In this document: one piece after another, positions 1 through 11,500 of the stretch | Layout: the number at the start of each line of letters is the position of its first letter | Numbering within the stretch: position 1 is the first letter of the stretch | Assembly: GCA_902617955.1 (NCBI GenBank) | Contig: CACMYW010000003.1 | Span: 1-56,155, forward strand | DNA length: 56,155 nucleotides | Reading direction: 5' to 3' | From: an uncultured SAR86 cluster bacterium | GTDB lineage: Bacteria; Pseudomonadota; Gammaproteobacteria; Magnimaribacterales; D2472 | Translations under genes and position numbers: made by a program | Notes under the pieces: model-generated | Databases searched by the model: none | What the model saw: only the letters and a program-made list of their open reading frames with translations | What the model was told of the DNA's origin: nothing

Positions 1-189
1 GAATTTTATAAAAAAGTCATCCTCCTTTTTTTTAGGTGGATAAATAGCTATCAATTGATCACACCCAACGCCGAGCTTTCTGTGCGCAATTTTTTTAACC
101 AACGCTTTAGAAAAAGTAATATTTGAGGTCAAAGCATCAATAACTATAAAGTCATTACCGTTACCATGCATTTTTTCAAAGGCAATCAT
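1..189 (-). CDS. dapF: Diaminopimelate epimerase, N-terminal part (runs off window); in frame with upstream lysA
   Basis: Manual translation MIAFEKMHGNGNDFIVID...HRKLGVGCDQLI matches the DapF N-terminal KMHGxGNDF and GxGCDQ motifs. Confidence 0.95.
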   Translation of the reverse strand, partial: MIAFEKMHGNGNDFIVIDALTSNITFSKALVKKIAHRKLGVGCDQLIAIYPPKKKEDDFFIKF

Positions 190-1422
190 TTTAAAAAAAT
201 CTATTTCATGCTTAAACAAGTCATCATGAGACTCTCTTTGTCTTATTAACCTAAAGTCATCTCCCTCAACAAGAATTTCACATGCTCTTGGTCTAGAGTT
301 ATAGTTGGAGCTCATTACAAAACCATAAGCTCCAGCAGTTCTAACTGCCAAGAATTCATTTTCTTTTATTTTAACTTCAGCCTCTTTGGCTAAATAATCC
401 CCACTTTCGCAAACAGGCCCAACTACATCTACTTTATTATGACCGATGTTTTGTTCTAGCAAGGGCACAACTTGATGATTGGCTTTGTATAAAGCAGGTC
501 TAAGCAAATCATTCATTGCTGCATCTGTAATAAGAAAATTATTCTTCAAATACTCTACCTTTGCTAATAGAATTCCAGCATTTGCGGCAATAGATCTTCC
601 CGGTTCAAGAAATATTCTTTTATTGGTTCCTGAGAAAACATCCTGATAGATTTTCATGAGTTCAGCAGGAGCAGAAGTCTCTTCATCAATATATCTCACT
701 CCTAGACCACCACCCATATCAATAATCTTAATTTCTAAACCTATTTGATCTAATTGGTTTGCTAAATCTAACATTTGCTCCGCAGCATTTTTAAAGTTTT
801 TTAGATCTAAGATTTGAGAGCCAATGTGACAAGTAATTGCTAGAAAATTTAACTCTGGCTTGTTCGAATATTCTTTTGCAATATTTAAAGCTTTTTCAAA
901 GGATATTCCAAATTTGTTCTCTTTTTTACCTGTCTTTATGTATTCATGTCCACCAGCATCAACATCCGGATTAACTCTTAAGCCAATAGGAGCTACTAAG
1001 TTCATGTTCTTGGAGATTTGATAGATTCTTTTCAGTTCACTCTCAGACTCTACATTAAAAGACAAGATTCCAACCTTGAGGGCAAGTGCGATTTCATCTG
1101 CAGATTTCCCTACTCCTGAAAATATTATTTTCTTAGGGTCAATACCTGCCTTAATGCACCTATGGAGCTCACCGCCAGAAACAATATCAAAGCCACTTCC
1201 ATGTTCATCTAGTAACTTTAAAATACTAAGGTTTGAAAGGGCTTTTACTGAGAAACAAACGATTCCATTAAGGCTTTTAAGGCTTTTTTGATAGACATCT
1301 AGGTGTCTTAACAGCGTAGCTTTTGAATAAACATAAGCTGGAGTTCCAAACTTCTCAGCAATGTTTATGATGGGAACATCCTCACAAAACAGCTCCCCTT
1401 GTTTAAAATTAAAGTGATCCAT
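190..1422 (-). CDS. lysA: Diaminopimelate decarboxylase (no stop codon before dapF)
   Basis: Manual translation from ATG 1422: GTPAYVYS, FSVKA (PLP Lys), HIGSQ, DMGGGLG, EPGRSI, GPVCESGD, GAYGFVMSSNYNSRPR. Absent from the ORF track because the frame has no stop in the window. Confidence 0.96.
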
Positions 1423-1525
1423 CTATATTTTGAGTACCCGGGCTCAGAGTATTTGGTTGTATGGGACCCTTATAACCACAGCTAGATAGAAATACGAATA
1501 GAAGTACTGCAATAAAAATTTTCAT
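1409..1525 (-). CDS. lptM: Small lipoprotein, LptM/YifL/LppL family, 38 aa
   Basis: MKIFIAVLLFVFLSSCGYKGPIQP...: lipobox LSS-C followed by CGxKGP; position upstream of lysA-dapF as in Pseudomonas. Confidence 0.8.
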   Translation of the reverse strand: MKIFIAVLLFVFLSSCGYKGPIQPNTLSPGTQNIDGSL

Positions 1526-1564
1526 CAAAGTATTATGAATAAATAATACTTAAAATCCTACTTT

Positions 1565-2959
1565 CTAATACTTGTATTCTTCTTCTTTAAACGGGCCATC
1601 TACAGGGACATGAATATAATCAGCTTGTTCCTGAGTAAGCTTAGTAATGGTTCCTCCAAACCCTTGAACCATTAATTCTGCAACTTCCTCATCAAGTTTT
1701 TTTGGTAGAACCTTTACAGTAATTAACTCTTTCTTTTTCTCATCATCATTAATGTTTGCAAAAGCCTGTTCATATAAGAATATTTGAGCAAGGACTTGGT
1801 TTGCAAACGATCCATCCATAATCCTACTGGGATGACCGGTTGCATTTCCAAGATTTACCAATCTGCCCTCTGCCAACAAAACGATATAATTTTTACTGCT
1901 CAGATCAGGCTCTTCGTCCGGGGTTGCATCTCTAAAAACTCTATGAACTTGAGGTTTTATCTCTTCCCAATGCCATGCATCTCTCATATATGCAGTATCA
2001 ATTTCATTATCAAAGTGACCAATATTACAAACCAAGGCAGTATTTTTAATATTTCTCAATATCGGTGCATCACATACATTTACATTACCGGTAGTAGTAA
2101 CTAACAAATCTGTATCTTGAAGTAAGGTTTTATTAATGTCCTCATCTTTTCTTGAAACAACACCATTCTCATATGTTGAAACTACCTCAAAGCCATCCAT
2201 ACAAGCCTGCATGGCGCATATTGGATCAGACTCGACTACTCGAACGATCATTCCTTCTTGGGCCAAACTTAATGCAGAGCCTTTTCCAACATCACCATAA
2301 CCAATAACAAGTGCTTTTTTTCCAGACAGCAACATATCTGTAGCTCTTTTAATGCCATCATTCAGACTATGCCTGCAACCATATTTATTATCATTTTTTG
2401 ACTTAGTAACGGAGTCATTAACATTAATAGCTGGGATTTTTAGTTCTCCATTTCTAAGCAATTCTTTTAAACGATGAACACCAGTTGTTGTCTCTTCTGA
2501 AACACCATGTATTCTCTCCAACATTTCTGGATATTGTTGGTGTATTAAGCCGGTTAAATCCCCGCCGTCATCAAGAATCATGTTCGCATCCCATGGTTGT
2601 CCATCTTTTAATATCGTTTGTTCAAGGCACCACTCATACTCTTCTTCAGTTTCACCTTTCCAAGCAAATGTAGGTATACCTTTTGCAGCCATAGCAGCTG
2701 CAGCATGATCTTGAGTTGAGAAAATATTACACGAAGACCATCTAAGCTCTGCACCAAGTTCTTGCAAAGTTTCCATTAATACAGCAGTTTGAACTGTCAT
2801 ATGAATGCAGCCTAAAATTTTTGCTCCTTTGAGAGGCTGATCATCTTTATATTTGTCTCTTAATGCCATAAGTGCAGGCATTTCATTTTCAGCTAGAGAT
2901 ATCTCTCTCCTGCCAAACTCTGCAAGATTTATATCTGCAACTTTATAATCTTCGCTCAT
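1565..2959 (-). CDS. ahcY: Adenosylhomocysteinase
   Basis: [51 protein letters not shown]; likely start MSEDY at 2959 after a GGAG SD. Confidence 0.98.
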   Translation of the reverse strand: MSEDYKVADINLAEFGRREISLAENEMPALMALRDKYKDDQPLKGAKILGCIHMTVQTAVLMETLQELGAELRWSSCNIFSTQDHAAAAMAAKGIPTFAWKGETEEEYEWCLEQTILKDGQPWDANMILDDGGDLTGLIHQQYPEMLERIHGVSEETTTGVHRLKELLRNGELKIPAINVNDSVTKSKNDNKYGCRHSLNDGIKRATDMLLSGKKALVIGYGDVGKGSALSLAQEGMIVRVVESDPICAMQACMDGFEVVSTYENGVVSRKDEDINKTLLQDTDLLVTTTGNVNVCDAPILRNIKNTALVCNIGHFDNEIDTAYMRDAWHWEEIKPQVHRVFRDATPDEEPDLSSKNYIVLLAEGRLVNLGNATGHPSRIMDGSFANQVLAQIFLYEQAFANINDDEKKKELITVKVLPKKLDEEVAELMVQGFGGTITKLTQEQADYIHVPVDGPFKEEEYKY

Positions 2960-2975
2960 AACTATCTCCAAAAAA

Positions 2976-4130
2976 TTAAGACTTTAAGGCTTCTATTTGG
3001 TCTACTTTTTCCCATGTAAAAGAGTCATCTTCACGACCAAAATGCCCATAAGCAGCCGTATCTTGATAGATTGGCCTTTTTAAATCAAGCATTTTTATAA
3101 TTCCTTTTGGTCTAAGATCAAAAACCTCACGCACCATCGACTCTATTTCAGCTTGATCAATTTTTCCACTGTCAAATGTGTTTACATTAATTGAGGTTGG
3201 TTCTGCAACACCAATAGCATATGAAACCTGAACCTCACACCACTCAGCAAGACCAGCTGCAACAATATTTTTTGCTACGTATCTAGCAGCATATGCTGCT
3301 GATCTGTCTACTTTTGATGGATCTTTGCCTGAAAATGCACCGCCACCATGACGAGCCATGCCACCATATGTATCTACAATTATCTTTCTTCCAGTAAGCC
3401 CACAGTCTCCAACAGGACCTCCAATAACAAATTTTCCGGTAGGATTAATAAAGATCTTAGTTTCATCTAATAGCCAATTTGATGGAATCACAGGCTTAAT
3501 TATTTCCTCTAAAACAGCCTCTTTTAAGTCATCCTGAGAAATACCCTCATCATGTTGAGTTGATAATACAATTGCTGATAGGCCTTTTATAGATTTACCA
3601 TTATTGTCATATATAACACTTACTTGGCTTTTTGCATCAGGCCTTAACCAATCTAAGCCACCATTTTTTCTTAGCTCAGACTGCTTTTTAACCAATTGAT
3701 GTGATAAATCTATGGGTGCAGGCATCAGAGCTTCATTTTCCTTACAAGCATATCCAAACATCAGGCCTTGATCGCCAGCTCCTTGCTCTAGATTCTCACC
3801 TTCACCCTCATTTACGCCTTGAGCAATATCTGGAGATTGCTGAAAAATATGATTTTGAATTTCACAATTTGATCCATTAAATCCTAAGTCATCATTATCA
3901 TAACCAATAGAATTTATTGTATTTCTTATCACCGGCTCAAGATCTGGGTTTCCTTTAGAAGTAATCTCTCCTGCAACAACAACAATATTATTTTTAATAA
4001 GAGTTTCGCAAGCCACTCTGCTGTCTGGATCCTCTTTTAAGTATGCATCTAAGATTGCATCTGATATTTGATCGCAAACTTTATCTGGATGACCTTCTGA
4101 AACAGATTCTGATGTAAATATATAACTCAT
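2976..4130 (-). CDS. metK: S-adenosylmethionine synthetase
   Basis: [35 protein letters not shown]. Confidence 0.99.
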   Translation of the reverse strand: MSYIFTSESVSEGHPDKVCDQISDAILDAYLKEDPDSRVACETLIKNNIVVVAGEITSKGNPDLEPVIRNTINSIGYDNDDLGFNGSNCEIQNHIFQQSPDIAQGVNEGEGENLEQGAGDQGLMFGYACKENEALMPAPIDLSHQLVKKQSELRKNGGLDWLRPDAKSQVSVIYDNNGKSIKGLSAIVLSTQHDEGISQDDLKEAVLEEIIKPVIPSNWLLDETKIFINPTGKFVIGGPVGDCGLTGRKIIVDTYGGMARHGGGAFSGKDPSKVDRSAAYAARYVAKNIVAAGLAEWCEVQVSYAIGVAEPTSINVNTFDSGKIDQAEIESMVREVFDLRPKGIIKMLDLKRPIYQDTAAYGHFGREDDSFTWEKVDQIEALKS

Positions 4131-4936
4131 AATAAACTCCTTTCTCTAAAAATTTTATTGATTAAATAAGACTTGTTAAGTGTATAAAAATGAAATTTTT
4201 GGCAGCCCAACTCAGATAAATAGTCCAGCTGATCATTACAAATTTCAATAGCATACTTTTGATTTGATATATCATCATCTCCAAACTTGTTGATGATATT
4301 TGGTGGAATTTTAGTACCGCATTTTTCTGCCATTCTTGTTATATTTTCTATGTTATAAATTGGCATAATTCCAGGTATGATCTCTACTTCAATATTTTCC
4401 TTTAGAACAGTTTCAATTAATTTTTCATAATCATCTTTACTAAAGCAAAACTGCGTAATGGCTTTTTTTGCCCCTGATTCATATTTATTTTTAAGAAGCT
4501 GTAAATCAAAATCAAACCCTTTGGAGTCCGGATGTGGTTCTGGATATGCGGAAACAATGACCTCAAAGTTTTTATTGTTAAGAAACTCCACAAAGTCTGA
4601 GGTATTAAAAAATCCGTTAGGATGCTGCTTAAATTTTCCCTCTGGACTGTCGCCTCTCAATGCAACAAATTTTTTTACTCCAAGTTTCGCAAAATCTAAG
4701 ACTATTTTTTCTAAATCATCAATGCTTTTGTTAACAAGAGTTATATGAGCAGCGATGTCCAGATTATTTTTTTTAAGTGCCTTTATAAGTTCCAGTGATT
4801 TATTTTCTGCACCTCCACCTGCTCCATAAGTAACCGAAACAAAAGATGGACCAAGGTGCTCTAGTTTTTTATATTCAGATAATAGAGCACTAAAGTCTAA
4901 GTTTGCTGGTGGAAAAAATTCTAAAGAAATATTCAT
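4127..4936 (-). CDS. metF: 5,10-methylenetetrahydrofolate reductase
   Basis: [38 protein letters not shown]; start 4936, alternative in-frame ATG at 4963. Confidence 0.96.
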   Translation of the reverse strand: MNISLEFFPPANLDFSALLSEYKKLEHLGPSFVSVTYGAGGGAENKSLELIKALKKNNLDIAAHITLVNKSIDDLEKIVLDFAKLGVKKFVALRGDSPEGKFKQHPNGFFNTSDFVEFLNNKNFEVIVSAYPEPHPDSKGFDFDLQLLKNKYESGAKKAITQFCFSKDDYEKLIETVLKENIEVEIIPGIMPIYNIENITRMAEKCGTKIPPNIINKFGDDDISNQKYAIEICNDQLDYLSELGCQKFHFYTLNKSYLINKIFRERSLL

Positions 4937-4956
4937 TATTCTGCACCTTAAAGGCG

Positions 4957-5000
4957 CCCCCATTTAGCAGTTTAAGTATGCAAGCAGGGACAAATCACTT
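4957..5000 (-). ncRNA. SAM-II/SAM-V-class riboswitch aptamer
   Basis: Minus strand AAGUGAUUUGUCCCUGCUUGCAUACUUAAACUGCUAAAUGGGGG: P1 AAGU/ACUU, conserved GAUUU, UUGC and GCUAAA, pseudoknot UCCC/GGGG; directly upstream of metF-metK-ahcY. Confidence 0.8.
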
Positions 5001-5099
5001 TTTAAGATTTGGTATTTTATAGTTTTTAAGAGATAGAGACAATTAAACGTTTAATTAATTTTACAGGCGTACTATTATTAACTTTTATTTCTATCATAT

Positions 5100-7085
5100 A
5101 TGTCAAATTTACCTCTAGTAAGTAATGCGATTAGATTTCTTTCGGTTGATGCTGTTCAGTTAGCAAACAGTGGGCATCCAGGAATGCCTATGGGAATGTC
5201 AGATATAGCGGTTGTGCTTTGGAAAAATCACCTCAAACATAATCCTCAAAATCCCAAATGGTTTAACCGAGACAGATTCGTATTATCCAATGGTCATGGC
5301 TCAATGCTGCTTTACAGTTTGCTTCATCTTTCAGGGTATCCAATTTCAATCGATGATATTAAAGGATTTAGAAAACTTGGATCTAAAACCCCCGGACATC
5401 CAGAGTATGACATTGAGATTGGTATTGAAACAACTACGGGTCCTCTTGGTCAGGGGCTCTCAAATGGTGTTGGCATGGCTTTGGCTGAGAAGCATCTGGC
5501 CGCAAAATTTAACAAAGAAAATCTAAAGGTCATTGATCACTATACATATGTTTTTTTAGGTGATGGTTGTTTGATGGAAGGAATATCCCACGAAGCTTGT
5601 TCCTTTGCTGGAACTCACAATTTAGGAAAACTTATTTGTCTTTATGATGACAACGGAATTTCTATTGATGGTGAAGTTAGTTCTTGGTTTAGCGATGACA
5701 CTCAAAAGCGTTTCGAGAGTTATAACTGGCAAGTAATCAAAGTTGATGGGCACAACTTGAAAGAAATAGATCAGGCTATTTCAAATGCCAAAGAGAATGC
5801 TGATCAGCCTACACTTATTTGCTGTAAAACAAAAATAGGATTTGGTTCTCCTAATAAAGAAGGCACATCTGGAGTTCATGGTGCCGCATTAGGTGATGAT
5901 GAGGTGAAACTCACGAGAGAAAAACTGGGTTGGGAATATCCTCCATTTACAATTCCTAGAGAGGTTTATGAGGTTTTTGATGCAAAAGCAACAGGAAAAG
6001 CCTATGAAGATGACTGGAACAATCTCTTAAAAAATTATGAAGCGGATTATCCGGAAGATTATTCTGAGCTATTAAGAACATCCTCAAATAAGCTACCAGA
6101 TAATTTTGAGGATAAATTCAGTGAGTTTTTATCAAACTGTGTTGAAGAATCATCAAAGCTTGCAACAAGAAAAGCTTCTCAAAACTGTTTAGAGTTCTTT
6201 TGTGCGCAACTTCCAGAAATGATTGGAGGCTCCGCAGATTTAACTGGCTCAAATAATACCTTAAGCTCATCGAATACAGAGCTTTTACCAGAAAGCCCAG
6301 AAGGAACTCATATCTACTATGGGGTAAGAGAGTTTGGAATGACTGGCATAACCAATGGGATGATTCTTCATGGTGGCATCAAACCTTATAGCGGAACTTT
6401 TCTAGTATTTATGGATTATGCAAGAAATGCAGTAAGACTCTCAGCATTGATGAAGATACCAAATATTTTTGTATACACTCATGACTCAATTGGTTTAGGT
6501 GAAGACGGGCCAACTCATCAGCCAATTGAACACTTAGTAACTTTAAGAGCAACCCCAAATTTAAATAATTGGCGCCCAGCAGATTTAACAGAGACCGCAG
6601 TAGCTTGGCACAATGCAGTTTCTTCAAAGACTGTACCAACTTCTCTTATTTTAACCAGACAAGGCCTGCCTTCAATTGTAGATAATAAAGATACTGCTGA
6701 GCTGATCAAATATGGTGGCTATGCATTAAAGTTTAATAATAAATCAGAAGTAAATTTAGTGGCATCTGGCAGTGAAGTGCATTTAATTATGGATGCAGCT
6801 AATTATCTTGAAGCTGGAAATATTCTATGCAACATCGCATCAATTCCATGTCTTGATATTTTTAAAGCACAGTCAGATGAATACAAAAATCAGGTAATTG
6901 ATCCTACAAAGCCAACCTTGTTTGTTGAAGCACTTCATCCAAATTCTTGGCTAACGATTGCAAAACCTGAGGATGCTGTTATTGGCATCAATACGTTTGG
7001 AGAAAGTGCTCCCGGAGATGAATTAATGAAAGAATTTGGATTTACTGCCGAAAACATTATTTCATCAGTCAAGAAATTAATCTGA
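5100..7085 (+). CDS. tkt: Transketolase
   Basis: SGHPGMPMG, RDRFVLSNGHGS, GDGCLMEG, GEDGPTHQP. Confidence 0.98.
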   Translation: MSNLPLVSNAIRFLSVDAVQLANSGHPGMPMGMSDIAVVLWKNHLKHNPQNPKWFNRDRFVLSNGHGSMLLYSLLHLSGYPISIDDIKGFRKLGSKTPGHPEYDIEIGIETTTGPLGQGLSNGVGMALAEKHLAAKFNKENLKVIDHYTYVFLGDGCLMEGISHEACSFAGTHNLGKLICLYDDNGISIDGEVSSWFSDDTQKRFESYNWQVIKVDGHNLKEIDQAISNAKENADQPTLICCKTKIGFGSPNKEGTSGVHGAALGDDEVKLTREKLGWEYPPFTIPREVYEVFDAKATGKAYEDDWNNLLKNYEADYPEDYSELLRTSSNKLPDNFEDKFSEFLSNCVEESSKLATRKASQNCLEFFCAQLPEMIGGSADLTGSNNTLSSSNTELLPESPEGTHIYYGVREFGMTGITNGMILHGGIKPYSGTFLVFMDYARNAVRLSALMKIPNIFVYTHDSIGLGEDGPTHQPIEHLVTLRATPNLNNWRPADLTETAVAWHNAVSSKTVPTSLILTRQGLPSIVDNKDTAELIKYGGYALKFNNKSEVNLVASGSEVHLIMDAANYLEAGNILCNIASIPCLDIFKAQSDEYKNQVIDPTKPTLFVEALHPNSWLTIAKPEDAVIGINTFGESAPGDELMKEFGFTAENIISSVKKLI

Positions 7086-7088
7086 ATT

Positions 7089-8219
7089 ATGCGACTGTTG
7101 TCCGATTTAGATATTGCGAAAAAAAAAGTAGGACTAAGGTTAGATCTAAATGTTCCAATTAAAGAAGGAGTCGTCGCAGACGACACTCGAATTTTAGCGT
7201 CGCTTGAAACCATAAATTACTTAATTAAAGCAGAAGCAAAAATTGTTATCCTTTCCCATCTTGGCAGACCCAAAGAAGGCACCTTTGATGACCAACTTTC
7301 TCTAAGACCGGTTGCCAGTCATCTTAGTAACGAATTAGGCATCTCCATTTCCTTAATCAATTCTATGAAAGAATTCCATGATACAAATGCACAAATCTGT
7401 ATGCTAGAAAATATTCGTTTTTTTGAAGGAGAATCAAAAAATTCTGATTCGCTTGCAAGGGAAATTGGTGCACATATTGACGTATATGTTTTCGATGCAT
7501 TTGGAACTTCACACAGAAAGCAAGCCTCTACTTATGGAGCAATCAAAGTAGCTCCTCTTTCATGTGCAGGTTTTTTAGTGCAAAGAGAAGTTGAAGCCTT
7601 GTCTAGGGCATTAAAAGACTTTTCATCTCCGTTTGCTGCAATCATTGGAGGATCAAAAGTTTCAACAAAGTTGGAGGTCATTCAGAATTTAGGCCAGATA
7701 TGTGACAAGGTTATTACCGGAGGCGGAATAACCAATACCTTCTTGGCAGCCAAAGGTTTCAAGGTTGGCAACTCACTTTACGAGAAAGATATGATTAAGA
7801 CCGCAAAGTCCTTATTAAACGATTTTAATATTATGCTTCCGGAGGAGGTTGTGGTCTCAAATAGTTTCGATGGCCCACCAATAAAGAAAAAAATTAGTGA
7901 GATCGAAGATAATGAAATTATTTTAGATCAGGTTATTTCTGAAGACATAAAACAATTTATTGATTCATCAAATACTATTATTTGGAATGGGCCCTTAGGT
8001 GTTTTTGAAAATAAAAACTTCTCAGAGGGTACTGAGGAGCTTAGTAAATTAATTGGCATGTCTGATGCCTATACACTTGCAGGTGGTGGTGAAACACTCA
8101 GCGCAATTAATCAGTTTATAAACAAAGAAGATATATCCTATTGCTCTACAGCCGGCGGTGCCTTTCTTGAATTTATCGAAGGAAAAGAGTTACCATCCAT
8201 TAGCGCACTAAGCGATTAA
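7089..8219 (+). CDS. pgk: Phosphoglycerate kinase
   Basis: RLDLNVP, SHLGRP, LENIRF, GGSKVSTK, WNGPLGVFE. Confidence 0.97.
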   Translation: MRLLSDLDIAKKKVGLRLDLNVPIKEGVVADDTRILASLETINYLIKAEAKIVILSHLGRPKEGTFDDQLSLRPVASHLSNELGISISLINSMKEFHDTNAQICMLENIRFFEGESKNSDSLAREIGAHIDVYVFDAFGTSHRKQASTYGAIKVAPLSCAGFLVQREVEALSRALKDFSSPFAAIIGGSKVSTKLEVIQNLGQICDKVITGGGITNTFLAAKGFKVGNSLYEKDMIKTAKSLLNDFNIMLPEEVVVSNSFDGPPIKKKISEIEDNEIILDQVISEDIKQFIDSSNTIIWNGPLGVFENKNFSEGTEELSKLIGMSDAYTLAGGGETLSAINQFINKEDISYCSTAGGAFLEFIEGKELPSISALSD

Positions 8220-8235
8220 CTATTAAGGAGAATTT

Positions 8236-9300
8236 ATGTCATTAATAAGTATGAGACAGCTTTTAGATCATGCCGCGGAGAACTCTTATGGTGTTCCTGC
8301 CTTCAACGTTAATAACCTTGAACAAATGAGAGCTATCATGGAGGCAGCTGATGAAACAAATAGTCCTGTGATTGTTCAGGCTTCTGCAGGTGCAAGAAAA
8401 TATGCTGGCCCTAATTTTCTAAGACATTTAATTTTAGCTGCAATAGAAGAGTTTCCGCACATTCCGGTAGTTATGCACCAAGACCATGGGGCATCTCCAG
8501 CAGTATGCCAGAGATCCATACAGCTTGGTTTTTCTTCAGTGATGATGGATGGATCATTAGAAGAGGACATGAAGACTCCAGCATCATATGATTACAATGT
8601 TTCTGTTACAAAGCGAACAGTTGATATGGCACATGCCTGCGGGGTTTCTGTTGAAGGAGAGTTAGGTTGTTTGGGTTCACTTGAAACCGGAGAGGCTGGT
8701 GATGAGGACGGGAGTGGGGCCGAAGGAATTCTAACCCATGACCAGTTATTAACTGATCCGGAAGAAGCAGCTAGCTTTGTAAAAGATACTCATGTTGATG
8801 CCCTAGCAATTGCAATTGGAACAAGTCATGGTGCCTATAAATTTACAAGGCCACCAACTGGCGATATTCTTGCAATCGACAGAATAAAAGAAATACACAA
8901 AAGGATTCCAGATACTCATTTGGTTATGCATGGGTCCTCAGCAGTTCCTCAGGATTGGTTAGAAATTATTAATAAGTTTGGTGGGGATATTCCAGAGACT
9001 TACGGGGTTCCAGTAGAAGAAGTTCAAGAAGGAATAAAGCATGGAGTTAGAAAAGTAAATATTGATACTGATTTAAGGCTTGCATCAACTGGTGCAATAA
9101 GAAGATTTTTAGACGCTAACAAATCAGAGTTTGATCCTAGGAAATATCTCTCTGAAACCTTGGTAGCGATGAAGGAAATATGTATTAACAGATACGAATC
9201 ATTTGGTACCGCAGGTAATGCAGACAAGATCACACCACTATCATTAGAAGAGATGCATTTGCAATATCTGTCAGGAAATCTCGATCCAACCGTAAATTAA
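8236..9300 (+). CDS. fba: Fructose-bisphosphate aldolase class II
   Basis: [33 protein letters not shown]. Confidence 0.97.
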   Translation: MSLISMRQLLDHAAENSYGVPAFNVNNLEQMRAIMEAADETNSPVIVQASAGARKYAGPNFLRHLILAAIEEFPHIPVVMHQDHGASPAVCQRSIQLGFSSVMMDGSLEEDMKTPASYDYNVSVTKRTVDMAHACGVSVEGELGCLGSLETGEAGDEDGSGAEGILTHDQLLTDPEEAASFVKDTHVDALAIAIGTSHGAYKFTRPPTGDILAIDRIKEIHKRIPDTHLVMHGSSAVPQDWLEIINKFGGDIPETYGVPVEEVQEGIKHGVRKVNIDTDLRLASTGAIRRFLDANKSEFDPRKYLSETLVAMKEICINRYESFGTAGNADKITPLSLEEMHLQYLSGNLDPTVN

Positions 9301-9303
9301 GTC

Positions 9304-9741
9304 TTGCTTTGTTTAGCACAAAGGGTCAAAAAAGCCTCGGTAAGAGTTAATAAGGATTTAGTCAGCTCTATTGATAAAGGCATACTTTTAATGGTTTGTT
9401 TTGAACAAACTGACACACAAGTTCAAATAGATAAACTAATTTCAAAAATATTAGATTATTCATTTTTCGAAGGAGTTAGCGGCAAGTTAGATGTAAGTTT
9501 GCGTAAAATAGGAGCAGAATTGCTAATTGTAAGCCAATTTACCTTAAATGCATCTACAAAAAAAGGCTTAAAACCTAGTTTCCATAAGGCTGCATCTCCT
9601 GATTTAGCAGAAGAGCTTTATAATAAACTCAAATCCACCATAAATCTTGAATATAAAAATGTAAAATATGGTGTTTTTGGGGCATATATGGAACTCGAAT
9701 TAACCAATGATGGACCCTTTACATTAAATTTTAATTTCTAA
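9304..9741 (+). CDS. dtd: D-aminoacyl-tRNA deacylase
   Basis: QRV, SQFTL, FGAYM, NDGP motifs; TTG start. Confidence 0.92.
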   Translation: MLCLAQRVKKASVRVNKDLVSSIDKGILLMVCFEQTDTQVQIDKLISKILDYSFFEGVSGKLDVSLRKIGAELLIVSQFTLNASTKKGLKPSFHKAASPDLAEELYNKLKSTINLEYKNVKYGVFGAYMELELTNDGPFTLNFNF

Positions 9742-9745
9742 ATCA

Positions 9746-10909
9746 ATGAGCCAAACTAAAGACTTTAGAGACTACATATCCAATTGGATAGATGAAAATT
9801 GTCCAAAATCAATGATGACTCCAATGCCAGCTAGCGAGCAGGTATGGGCATCATCATCAATTTCATTTCCAAATTCAGATTCTGAAAAATGGTTTAATGC
9901 AATGACTCAAACTGGATATTCCACACCAGAATGGCCAAAGGAATATGGCGGAGCAGGTTTGGATTTTGAGCAAGCTAAGATTTTAAGGCAAGAACTTAAG
10001 AAAAGAGGCTGCAGAAATCCACAGATTAATTTTGGAATAACAATGCTTGGTCCGGTACTTCTTGAATTTGGAACAGAAGATCAAAAAAAGGAGTTTCTTC
10101 CAAAGATAGCCAGAGGAGAAATATGGTGGTGCCAAGGATTTTCTGAGCCAGGCGCAGGTTCAGATCTTGCAGGAGTAAGTACTTCAGCAACATCAAACGA
10201 TAATGAAACTTACATAATTAATGGATCCAAAATTTGGACCTCAGAAGCAGATAAAGCTGATTGGATGTATTGCCTTGTTAAGACAGATAAAACAAAAAAG
10301 CATGACGGAATTTCATTCGTTTTGATTGATATGAAACAAGATGAGATAACAACAAACAGAATTCAATTGATCAGCGGTGTATCCCCGTTTTGCCAGGTCT
10401 TTTTTGATGATGCCAAAGCGCTCAAGTCACACTGTATTGGTGGAGAAAACAAGGGATGGCCGGTGGCAAAATCATTGCTTATGCATGAAAGAACCATGAT
10501 GAGCGATATGGAGTCTGAGGGAGCAGTAGATATATCACCTTCAGATTTGCTTAAGAATTGCTCAGAATTTTCGGATAAAAAATTGTTACATAATGAAATT
10601 ACAAAACATGAACTAAGAAATGAGCTTATTGATTTGACCATGCAAAGAGTTAAAGAGGAAAGTCAATTTGGATTTTCAGAGGCTGCGCTCACGCTTAAGT
10701 ACTTGAGTACTGAAGAGCTTCAACTCAGATGGGAGCTAAACATCAAATCTCTTGGTATGGGTGGACTGCTTGTCCCCGGAAAAGGATCTGAGATGATCAA
10801 CGACGTGGTTAAATCTTTTTTTTATTCAAAGGCTTACACTATTGCCGGGGGTTCGAGCGAAGTTCAGCTCAACATCATTTCAAAGAATATTTTAGGATTA
10901 CCATCATGA
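9746..10909 (+). CDS. Acyl-CoA dehydrogenase
   Basis: WPKEYGG, WCQGFSEPGAGSDLA, NGSKIWTS, TIAGGSSEVQ. Confidence 0.93.
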   Translation: MSQTKDFRDYISNWIDENCPKSMMTPMPASEQVWASSSISFPNSDSEKWFNAMTQTGYSTPEWPKEYGGAGLDFEQAKILRQELKKRGCRNPQINFGITMLGPVLLEFGTEDQKKEFLPKIARGEIWWCQGFSEPGAGSDLAGVSTSATSNDNETYIINGSKIWTSEADKADWMYCLVKTDKTKKHDGISFVLIDMKQDEITTNRIQLISGVSPFCQVFFDDAKALKSHCIGGENKGWPVAKSLLMHERTMMSDMESEGAVDISPSDLLKNCSEFSDKKLLHNEITKHELRNELIDLTMQRVKEESQFGFSEAALTLKYLSTEELQLRWELNIKSLGMGGLLVPGKGSEMINDVVKSFFYSKAYTIAGGSSEVQLNIISKNILGLPS

Positions 10910-11499
10910 AAATCAAAAGTATTGCAGTTTTTTGCGGAGCCCATTTGGGGAATGATCCAATCTATGAGGAAAAAGCCAAGGAGATTTCTCAATTAATTGC
11001 TTCAAAGGGCATCAATGTTGTTTTTGGTGGTGGTGATGTTGGCTTGATGAAGGTTGTTGCAGACACCGCAATCGAATTTGGTGGTGAAGTAACAGGTATT
11101 ACTTTAAGCAGCCTAGATTCCTTTGAGCTTACCAACTCAAGAATTACCAAAACAATTATCACTAAGGATTTATTTGAAAGAAAACAAGAATTTTTTAATC
11201 ACAGTGATGCATTTATTGTTCTGCCCGGAGGCGTAGGGTCATTGGATGAACTTACCGAAGTTCTTGTCAGCAACCAATTAGGAATCATTAATAAACCAGT
11301 TGGAATTTTGAATACCAATAATTATTATGACTCTTTTTTTAAATGGTATGACCATTCTGTTAAATCTGGTTTTGTATCAGAGGCAAACTACTCACAACTA
11401 ATTGTGGACACAAATCCTGACAAACTTTTAAATCGTGTTCTAGAAGCCAAGATGCCAGAAGATGATTCATGGCTGGAAAGACTTAATATTCCCAAATAG
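10906..11499 (+). CDS. LOG-family nucleotide phosphoribohydrolase (TIGR00730-like)
   Basis: GGGDVGLM, ERK, LPGGVGSLDE. Confidence 0.9.
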   Translation: MKIKSIAVFCGAHLGNDPIYEEKAKEISQLIASKGINVVFGGGDVGLMKVVADTAIEFGGEVTGITLSSLDSFELTNSRITKTIITKDLFERKQEFFNHSDAFIVLPGGVGSLDELTEVLVSNQLGIINKPVGILNTNNYYDSFFKWYDHSVKSGFVSEANYSQLIVDTNPDKLLNRVLEAKMPEDDSWLERLNIPK

Positions 11500-11500
11500 C

